IMG/VR virus record: IMGVR_UViG_3300032770_000001
Span: 1-64,000 of that record
Direction: 5' to 3' (one strand)
Length of the DNA stretch: 64,000 nt
Below, one piece after another: positions 26,144-32,825 of the stretch (position 1 is its first letter; every line of letters starts with the position of its first letter). The position numbers and the translations under genes are program-made. Under the pieces are notes generated by a model that saw only the letters and a program-made list of their open reading frames with translations, did no database searches and was not told the DNA's origin.

Positions 26144-26225
26144 TGGCACGCTCGGAAGGACTCGAACCTTCGACCCCTCAGTTAAATACTGAGTGCTCTG
26201 AACAAACCAACTGAGCTACGAGCGT
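26144..26225 (-). tRNA. trnK: tRNA-Lys(UUU) variant with A33 and expanded D-loop
   Basis: CTCAG-TA-TTT-AA-CTGAG; D-loop AGTTGGTTTGTTCA; GCCA. Confidence 0.75.
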
Positions 26226-26226
26226 A

Positions 26227-26302
26227 TGGTGCGCGGTGAAGGAATCAAACCCCCGACCTCCGGGTCTTGCGACCCGGCGCTCTAACACTGAGCTAACCGC
26301 GC
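26227..26302 (-). tRNA. tRNA-like RNA with 8-nt or GNRA-closed anticodon arm
   Basis: GCGCGGT/ACCGCGC-ACCA; CCGGGTC-GCAA-GACCCGG; D-loop lacks GG; T-loop TTTGATT. Confidence 0.7.
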
Positions 26303-26303
26303 A

Positions 26304-26335
26304 TGGTGGGCACCCCAACTTTCGCCAGAGCACCC
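26304..26335 (-). ncRNA. 32-nt 12-bp minihelix with GAAA loop and ACCA end
   Basis: GGGTGCTCTGGC-GAAA-GTTGGGGTGCCC-ACCA, six G.U pairs. Confidence 0.68.
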
Positions 26336-26344
26336 GTACAAACT

Positions 26345-26438
26345 TGGAGCAGACGCCGTGACTTTCGTCTCGGTCGCGAATAGAATCTCTTCGCCGTAGC
26401 AATCCGTCGAAGCAATCCCTCAACGCCTTTTCGTCCGC
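26345..26438 (-). ncRNA. 94-nt tRNA-like element with G3.U70 acceptor stem
   Basis: GCGGACG/CGTCTGC-TCCA; CCG..GAC-GAAA-GTC..CGG arm; shares the CCA-AGTTT trailer with other tRNAs here. Confidence 0.45.
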
Positions 26439-26445
26439 GTGCATA

Positions 26446-26880
26446 TTAAGCCCCGATACGATCCTGTATCGGATAGCCTCCCTCAAACTTCAAAAAAAGA
26501 TTTGGAGCAGGAGCAGCCTCCGCGTGTCTCCACAAACCGTAGTTCGAGAGTACACGGCGCTGCTCCTGCGTGAGCGGGACCGTGGCGACAGCCGTCAAAC
26601 CAAGGTTGTCGTCCGGCTCCGAAAACACGGAGTACCCGATTTCTTTGTCTTTCAACTTGTTGATAACACGGAGTAAAGCGGACTTGTCCGGCACGCCGAT
26701 CACCACGAGATGCGGAATCTGATCGTAAGACGGATCGAGACCCTTCGCCATTTCAAACGTGGCGTGGTTGCTTTGAACTATCTGTTGTGCTAGGGAAATG
26801 TCTTGCCGAACGAAGACGTAGAAGTAGTGTGGTGCTGGTTGCTGCTGATTAACCTACAGATCGCCGATTGCTTTACGCAT
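26446..26880 (-). CDS. Pth2-fold (PTRHD1-like) peptidyl-tRNA hydrolase with in-frame amber at 26854-26856
   Basis: AGGAG SD, ATG 26880: MRKAIGDL*VNQQQPAPHYFYVFVRQDISLAQQIVQSNHA...HLVVIGV...L....I.YSVFSEPD....TAVA..P. Confidence 0.8.
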
Positions 26881-26927
26881 TTGGTTTGCGCTCCTAAACA
26901 TGAGATGTGGTAGTTCTCGAAAAGGTT

Positions 26928-27209
26928 TCACGTGCGAAAAAATAATTTCTTGAAAAAGCCGACCAACCGTTCACGCCATGAGAGATTGATCCAAACCGCT
27001 TTCCACGTTCCCTCATGTGGCAGTACAATCACGCCCCGGCATGGCGGCACAACCAGAACACTCAACCCGTCAATCGAGCCTTGAATCGTAAGGCAGCCGC
27101 CGCCGAGATTCTTGATGACCATCTCACGACCGAACTCCGAGACTGGCAGCGTGATAGTCAATAGCGGCTCCGGCCCATGCGTTCTTTTTCGTTGTTCGTC
27201 CGAAGCCAT
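26928..27209 (-). CDS. hypothetical protein
   Basis: ORF in array. Confidence 0.5.
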   Translation of the reverse strand: MASDEQRKRTHGPEPLLTITLPVSEFGREMVIKNLGGGCLTIQGSIDGLSVLVVPPCRGVIVLPHEGTWKAVWINLSWRERLVGFFKKLFFRT

Positions 27210-27347
27210 TCCAGACGCTTTGCGATAGCAGCGTCGATCAGCTTCTCCTCAAACCGATCAATTACGAAATCTGTGAGTGACGGGATAGGACACGTCAGAC
27301 GGGTATGAATTTCCAGTTGTCCGATGCGCACTTCAAGATTGCGAAGT

Positions 27348-27716
27348 CTATTTCGCTTTCTTTGTAAGCTCGGCACGGTACTCTTTGAAGAACGGCGTTG
27401 CCCAGACTTTCCTGTCGATGCCATTTTGATCCGCGTGAATCCAGAACCCAAAAGCTTCTTCGGTAAAAACCGGATGCGGCTTCAGGTTGATTTCGCCCTC
27501 CCAATACACACTACCATCGGGCGAGAAAATTTTCAAGTGATCGCCGTCGCGAAGATAATGCAGCCCGTCATACGACCAGCGTTCGTGAGGCCAATCCTCG
27601 GTCGGCGGCTGAATGAAACGTTCGTCCTGAATCGCCCACCACCCACCCTCAGTTCCGGTCTCGGAATGCAGGTGGAGTTTGCCGTGGATTACTTGTGGAG
27701 CCATCTGCGTGCCCAC
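27348..27716 (-). CDS. hypothetical phage protein
   Basis: G.LH..SETGTEGG.WA.QD...YDGL..L..GD.L.I motif. Confidence 0.6.
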   Translation of the reverse strand: MGTQMAPQVIHGKLHLHSETGTEGGWWAIQDERFIQPPTEDWPHERWSYDGLHYLRDGDHLKIFSPDGSVYWEGEINLKPHPVFTEEAFGFWIHADQNGIDRKVWATPFFKEYRAELTKKAK

Positions 27717-28435
27717 TCCGTGAGGGAACCCGTCTTGCCCGTCGTTGGTGTCGTCACGATGCCCTCGTCTTCCAGTTTCGTTTCCGGAACTTCGGTAGTT
27801 GTCTCTTCGCCGGAAGGCGTCTCCACCGTTTTTTCAGCGACCATGCCAGTTGCTTTTGCGAACTCTCGGCCCTCTTCTTCAACGTCGTAGCCGGGTTTGA
27901 ACAGGTCTTTCTTGTTCACCTTGCCTACAATGCAAATAGCCTCAGCGTCAAGAGCCCCGACACCGGAGAGATTAACCGTATCCTGTGCTCTGTTTTGTGA
28001 AACATGGGCACCATAGGTACGCATGATCCGCTGCTCTTCAATCCATTCCTTGATTTTCTGCTCTTTTTCTTCGTCAGTTTCGGCCTCTTCGGGAGCGGAG
28101 GGAAAATTGACTTGATCGTAGGTGAGTCCGGCTACTTCATTCGCCTTAAAACGATCTGCCTTGTTGAGCGAACGCTTGGATTGTGCGTCAGGATCGAATG
28201 GAACGTCAAAGGTCGGAGGCGTGGGGGCTTCTTTTTCTTTCCCCGCCGCCCACTCTAGCGCCCGTGTGCCGATGATGAGAGCAGTATTTACATCCTCCCG
28301 CGTTTCGGCGAGAGATTGTTCGCCAGAAGGTGGAAAGAATTCTTCCAACTCGGCGGGTGTAATACGAGCAGGGCAGTCGGACGCATGGCTATGCGTAATC
28401 TCGGCTGCCCCACAGGTGCAGGAGAACTGGGACAT
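27689..28435 (-). CDS. acidic hypothetical protein
   Basis: TAATG-coupled ORF. Confidence 0.6.
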   Translation of the reverse strand: MSQFSCTCGAAEITHSHASDCPARITPAELEEFFPPSGEQSLAETREDVNTALIIGTRALEWAAGKEKEAPTPPTFDVPFDPDAQSKRSLNKADRFKANEVAGLTYDQVNFPSAPEEAETDEEKEQKIKEWIEEQRIMRTYGAHVSQNRAQDTVNLSGVGALDAEAICIVGKVNKKDLFKPGYDVEEEGREFAKATGMVAEKTVETPSGEETTTEVPETKLEDEGIVTTPTTGKTGSLTEWARRWLHK

Positions 28436-28983
28436 TAGAGTTTCTCGATCTCGTCCTTCACTTCCGTGGCGACCTTCTTCGCTTCACCTTCAACGTCAGC
28501 GACGACGGTCTTGGCTTCGTTCTCGGCATCCTTGACGCCAGTGGAAACCGCCGCCTTTGCTACGGCAACGATCTTCTCGGCTTCTTCCTTCGCATCGGCG
28601 ATGATCTTCTCGGCTTCGGTCTTAGCGTCTGCCTTGATCTTCGCAGCTTCAGCTTGCGCGTCGGCGATGATCGACTTCGATCTCGCGTCGGCGGTGGAAG
28701 CGGCGTTCTTTGCCTGAAGCACGATTGCCTTGGCTTGTTCCTTGGCATCGCTGATCCACTTCCCGGCTTCATGCTGACCATCAACGATGGCCTTCTCCAC
28801 ATCGGACTCAACTACTCCGGTGCCGTTCAGGAATGCTGCGTATGCTTCCGCCATCGTCTTGGCGAAAACCACATTGGGAAAATTGACTTCGGTCACGATG
28901 CCGGACACGTGGTGCTGCACGCGAACGGAATAGGTGCCGTCTGGGTTCTTCTGTACTGTTGCGTCTCCAACGATTGGAATCAT
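28435..28983 (-). CDS. coiled-coil protein with 11-residue A..EAEKI..DAK repeats (DivIVA / ATP synthase b-like)
   Basis: AGGAG SD; hendecad repeats in the C-terminal half. Confidence 0.6.
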   Translation of the reverse strand: MIPIVGDATVQKNPDGTYSVRVQHHVSGIVTEVNFPNVVFAKTMAEAYAAFLNGTGVVESDVEKAIVDGQHEAGKWISDAKEQAKAIVLQAKNAASTADARSKSIIADAQAEAAKIKADAKTEAEKIIADAKEEAEKIVAVAKAAVSTGVKDAENEAKTVVADVEGEAKKVATEVKDEIEKL

Positions 28984-29119
28984 TGCTGTTCTCCTAAATT
29001 GGTATTGCCTCAGCCGAGGAGTTCCTAGTGTGTCACCCCGGCTCAACTGCTTAACCGCCGCTACTCCACCAGCCAACCCCTTTTTACCAGTGCGGGCCTA
29101 GTTTGCATTCGACCCGAAC

Positions 29120-29240
29120 GACGTTTACAGTGCGTCTGCAAACCGTCACCGGAGGGACACCATCGATCCCTTTATCCAGTGCAAAGCCATCTACGCCCAC
29201 GGGACTACTATCGGGGTACACTCGTCTGCTGCCCGTGGTC
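29120..29240 (-). ncRNA. candidate structured intergenic RNA
   Basis: CCACGGG/CCCGTGG stem, GGGA/TCCC stem, and an 11-bp GACG(G)TTTGCAG/CTGTAAACGTC hairpin with a G.U pair on the minus strand. Confidence 0.3.
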
Positions 29241-29257
29241 ACTGAGGCTATACCTAT

Positions 29258-29485
29258 CTATTCAATACCGGAGGTTTTGACTTTTTCGTAGGCTTTTTCT
29301 GCGGTGCAGTGGGGAAATCCGAGGCAGCCATCTCCTAGAGGACACGGCTCAAACGTGTCGTTGTCGGTGCGGCGGGTATAGTGTTTCCAGTGCTCCCAAA
29401 AATCGTGAAAAGTTTCGGTGATGGTAAAGTCAATAGTGCGGAGATCAGGATGGTTGGAATCGGAACCGTTTGGGGAAATGGTCAT
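29258..29485 (-). CDS. hypothetical protein
   Basis: short ORF. Confidence 0.5.
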   Translation of the reverse strand: MTISPNGSDSNHPDLRTIDFTITETFHDFWEHWKHYTRRTDNDTFEPCPLGDGCLGFPHCTAEKAYEKVKTSGIE

Positions 29486-29509
29486 ACCATGAAATACCGA
29501 CTTGATCGG

Positions 29510-29725
29510 TTATTTCACCAACAATAGTTGCCAGCAGACTCCGAGGGAATGCAGGATCAACTTGTCCTGCTCAGTGACGTGGTCGGGGTTCATTGTGATG
29601 TCGTAGGCGTAGTAGACCGCCTTATTTTCAGTCAGACACCACTTGGTATGACGGATGATTCCTTCACAGTGGGGGCACGCAGCAGGACGATTATATCGAC
29701 TGGAGTGAAATAGCGCGTCCTGCAT
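29510..29725 (-). CDS. hypothetical protein
   Basis: short ORF, CxxC..H...C. Confidence 0.55.
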   Translation of the reverse strand: MQDALFHSSRYNRPAACPHCEGIIRHTKWCLTENKAVYYAYDITMNPDHVTEQDKLILHSLGVCWQLLLVK

Positions 29726-29737
29726 GGGAGAACCCCC

Positions 29738-30832
29738 TTAGCTGCGCCAGTACACCCCACCGCTTGGAAGATCGTAGCTATTCCCATCGTAGCGGCATAG
29801 GAAGTGCTGCCAACCATCGGCAGCGACCGCATCAGATGCGGCTTCATCGATGTTCAGTCCGGCAATACGCATCGCCTCTTTGACGGCGTCCTGCTTGCCA
29901 TAAATGTCCGCCAGATACTCGACCGGGTCTTTCAGACGCTCGGCGGCTTTCGCCTCAACCCATTCGTCGGATGGTTCAGTCTGCTCTTCAAACGGCTGAC
30001 CTTCGGAGTCGAACTCGCCCTCGTCGTCCTCTTCACCTTCGGCATTGTAGCGGACGATCTCATTGCCCTCGGCGTCCTCGGTTGGGTCCCAACCGTAGCT
30101 GTCCGGGTTATTGCGGACATCTTCCTCCATGTCGCTCATAAGTTGATCGCGGAGGTTGTCAGTGTCGATGTAGCTTTCCAGCCAGTCCTGATTGAAAATT
30201 TCGGGTTCACTTTCGAGGTCTTGCTTTACCTGCGCGAGAGCTATTGCTTCGGCATCTTCCTCGGTTTTGGCGACGTAGTAATAGTCGCCGCTGATGCCGT
30301 CGATACGGGCGAGATTGTTGCTCTCCAGTTCGACTTTGATACCATAATCGTCGAGATCAACGTTCTCTTCCTTAAAAAATTCGATGACAGCAGTGACCAG
30401 ATCGTCGTCGCCCAACTCGGTGTCCAGTTCTTCGCGCATACGCGCTTCTTTCTGCTCTTCCGATTCCTCTGGCTCGGCTTCTGGCTCTGGAGCCGGAGCA
30501 GCCGGAGCGGGGGTTGCGGGCTGTGCCGCTGGTTGAGCGGGCTGAGCAGGCTGTGCGGGTGTCGGCGGTGCCGGGGGTGTTGCGGGAGCGGCTGGTTCGG
30601 TGCGCTCTACCTGAGAATCGTCTTGCTTACGTGCGTTGTCGAGCAGTTCTTGTTCGCGGCGGTCGCGTTCTTCATCTTCACGCCACTGCTCGGAAGGCTG
30701 ATCTTCGTCTTGGGGAGGGGCTGCTTTCTTTGCTTCGAAATCTGCAACTACTGCGAGGGCGGCTTTCTTGATACCGCGTGCCTTAAAGCTCGTGGCGGCG
30801 TCCAGTGCTTGCTTGATGATATCCTGTGCCAT
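29738..30832 (-). CDS. highly acidic protein with Pro/Ala linker
   Basis: D/E-dense C-terminal domain ending DGWQHFLCRYDG; GAGGG SD. Confidence 0.75.
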   Translation of the reverse strand: MAQDIIKQALDAATSFKARGIKKAALAVVADFEAKKAAPPQDEDQPSEQWREDEERDRREQELLDNARKQDDSQVERTEPAAPATPPAPPTPAQPAQPAQPAAQPATPAPAAPAPEPEAEPEESEEQKEARMREELDTELGDDDLVTAVIEFFKEENVDLDDYGIKVELESNNLARIDGISGDYYYVAKTEEDAEAIALAQVKQDLESEPEIFNQDWLESYIDTDNLRDQLMSDMEEDVRNNPDSYGWDPTEDAEGNEIVRYNAEGEEDDEGEFDSEGQPFEEQTEPSDEWVEAKAAERLKDPVEYLADIYGKQDAVKEAMRIAGLNIDEAASDAVAADGWQHFLCRYDGNSYDLPSGGVYWRS

Positions 30833-30895
30833 GTTCGTTCCCTCTCAGGCAACCTTCTGTTCACAAAATCCAACTGTTCATTACGAATGAACGTC

Positions 30896-31250
30896 CGGGG
30901 ACCGAAGTCCCCGGTTCTGTTGCAAGGTGCCGTTCAAACCCCGCCAGCAAACCGCAATTAAGCGGCTGCTGCCATTGCCATTGCCTTTGGAGCGTTAGCA
31001 GTTATGTTTTCCGTGTCCGTTGTACGCCGCCGCCGTGTTGCAAATTAACGGTGGTCGCCAGCACCACATCGGTGCCTCGGTAGGCCACAGCATCCGGGGT
31101 CGTCGCTCTCTGTCTCATGCATCTCCGTCGAAGCCTTGTCACGCCCATATCGCGGTGCAAGTGTCCATCAATTTGAATTGGTGGACGTGCCCGGAATCGA
31201 ACCGGGGTCCGAAAATGTGAATCAGCGCGTTTCTCCATCCGGTATGACGT
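30896..31250 (-). ncRNA. ssrA: circularly permuted (two-piece) tmRNA
   Basis: acceptor piece ...GGTTCGATTCCGGG-CACGTCC-ACCA (3' end 31179) lies upstream of coding piece GGGCGTGAC..TTCGACGG (5' end 31146); G3.U70; tag ANAPKAMAMAAAA* at 30999-30958; P2 helices pair. Confidence 0.92.
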
Positions 31251-31344
31251 ATGCCCAGCCTGTACGCCGAAACGTCAGGCCAAACGGTTCTCCGGATGGT
31301 ATACGACCATCACTACTATAGTACCAGAAAGTTGGGGTATTTAG

Positions 31345-31539
31345 TTAGAAAGTTTCCATCTGGTAAGGATCGACGTTTTCCTTGCCTTTTTCCAACCACT
31401 TACGGACGGGCCCGGCGATGCCCTCAAACTGCTCAAGCGGGAATCCGAGGTAGCCGATGACTTGCCCGTTGTAGTCCAACCGGAGCGCCCCGTTGGTGAT
31501 TCCGACGCCGGGGACTTTCTTGAGTTCGACCTTGCTCAA
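31345..31539 (-). CDS. hypothetical protein
   Basis: short ORF. Confidence 0.45.
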   Translation of the reverse strand: MSKVELKKVPGVGITNGALRLDYNGQVIGYLGFPLEQFEGIAGPVRKWLEKGKENVDPYQMETF

Positions 31540-31594
31540 GGCATCCCGACCCTGTGCTTTTAGCTGATCCCACCACTTTTTGAATGTGGGGAAG

Positions 31595-32266
31595 TCAAAG
31601 AGACCCCGCAGTCTTTACAGCCCCGGTCTTTTGGGACTGCTTCCACTCCCAATTCTGGAGAGCGGCCATCGCTGGCATACGGTACATGTTGTTTTTCTGC
31701 CACGCTGGATCGAGGAACTCGATGTTGTGAACCTTGCCGTCCGACCCCGGCACACCAGCACATACGGTGCCGAGACGGGGGTGTTTGACCTTCACGTAGC
31801 CGTCTTCCTCGACGACCGTCATAGTCATCTTCTGCTTGGCTCCAGTGCGAGGCTGCTGGGGAGCCTTCGGCTGAAACCCTTTGGGGAAGTTGATGCGGCT
31901 CTGACCGGGTTGCTGAGCCGTGGGGCACGCCCCGGCGTGCGCCTCGACGCCGCCTGACCACTCCACCATAGCTCCGGGAGCGATGGGTTTGCCGCACTTC
32001 GGGCAAACCGTATTCTGGTTCGGCTGATTGACCAGACCGTAGCCGATCTGTCTGAAATACTTGGCGATCTTGCTGACAAGGGCGGCTTCTTTGACACAGG
32101 AAGCCCCGCGCATCCCCAATGCTTTCATCAGGCGAGCCTCATCTTCCCCGTTCGGGGGAACACCGGGGGCCATATAACCTTGATCGCCTCGATCCTGCGG
32201 GAGAAGTGCAGGTTGACCCTGCGGCGGTTCGTCTTGTTCAGCTTTACGTTGAAGTAGGGGATTCAT
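31595..32266 (-). CDS. hypothetical protein (CxxC...H..C motif), possibly virion-internal
   Basis: low-complexity P/Q N-terminus, CPKCG...HAGAC. Confidence 0.6.
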   Translation of the reverse strand: MNPLLQRKAEQDEPPQGQPALLPQDRGDQGYMAPGVPPNGEDEARLMKALGMRGASCVKEAALVSKIAKYFRQIGYGLVNQPNQNTVCPKCGKPIAPGAMVEWSGGVEAHAGACPTAQQPGQSRINFPKGFQPKAPQQPRTGAKQKMTMTVVEEDGYVKVKHPRLGTVCAGVPGSDGKVHNIEFLDPAWQKNNMYRMPAMAALQNWEWKQSQKTGAVKTAGSL

Positions 32267-32316
32267 GGGAAAAACGTCCTCACTTCAAGTATATGAAAAT
32301 TAGGGAATTTATCCGC

Positions 32317-32823
32317 CTACGCTAAAATACTTTGCGGAAACGGAAAGGCTGTCTTTGGACGCCCTTTCTTACCCGTGATTCCCATCCCCTTGGCTACATC
32401 GGAAACCATGTCGGACGAGACGCCCACCTGTGCCGCCACGTGAGTAAACTTTGCCGTGGGGTTAGCAGCCAGAACCGCCGCGATCTGACGGCGACGTTCC
32501 GAGATGGGACGGTGTGGGATCAACCCAGCCGCACGACCTTGATCGATCACGTAGCTTTTTGACATTCCCAGCGTAGAAGCTAAAACCTCCGGATCGATGT
32601 CCGGCATCTGCTTCAGAGATTCAACGACAAGATTGCGGCGATAGCCATGAGGCAAACCGCCAGTTTTCAGACGCCCGTATTGGCGTTGCTTTTCGAGATG
32701 GTAATCACAAAGCTGAACACTGTCCTCGGAGAGAGGCAGGGTGCAGAAGCGGCAGAGTCCAGCGGCAATATTCTTGAGTTGGTGTTTGCGTGTGTTGATC
32801 GTATCGCGATTCGTGGTAGGCAC
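32317..32823 (-). CDS. Zn-binding + HTH protein
   Basis: GLCRFC......LCDYH and VAAQVGVSSDMVSDVA helix-turn-helix. Confidence 0.6.
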   Translation of the reverse strand: MPTTNRDTINTRKHQLKNIAAGLCRFCTLPLSEDSVQLCDYHLEKQRQYGRLKTGGLPHGYRRNLVVESLKQMPDIDPEVLASTLGMSKSYVIDQGRAAGLIPHRPISERRRQIAAVLAANPTAKFTHVAAQVGVSSDMVSDVAKGMGITGKKGRPKTAFPFPQSILA

Positions 32824-32825
32824 GT

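Noticed and set aside
26144-26225. Ochre suppressor (UUA) reading of the Lys-like tRNA
   Set aside because: The perfect 5-bp stem fixes a 7-nt loop with UUU at 34-36.
25852-26345. CRISPR array (recurring TGGTGGG/TGG motif with variable spacers)
   Set aside because: The repeats are only the CCA 3' ends of tRNA-like units; no constant 23-47 bp repeat and no cas genes.
26400-26460. Twister-like ribozyme (UAA...GAGGG)
   Set aside because: No internal CCC/GGUCCC pseudoknot partner is present; the acceptor-stem interpretation fits better.
31147-31178. Intron in tmRNA
   Set aside because: It is the short intervening segment between the CCA end and the 5' end of a permuted gene; no group I/II features.
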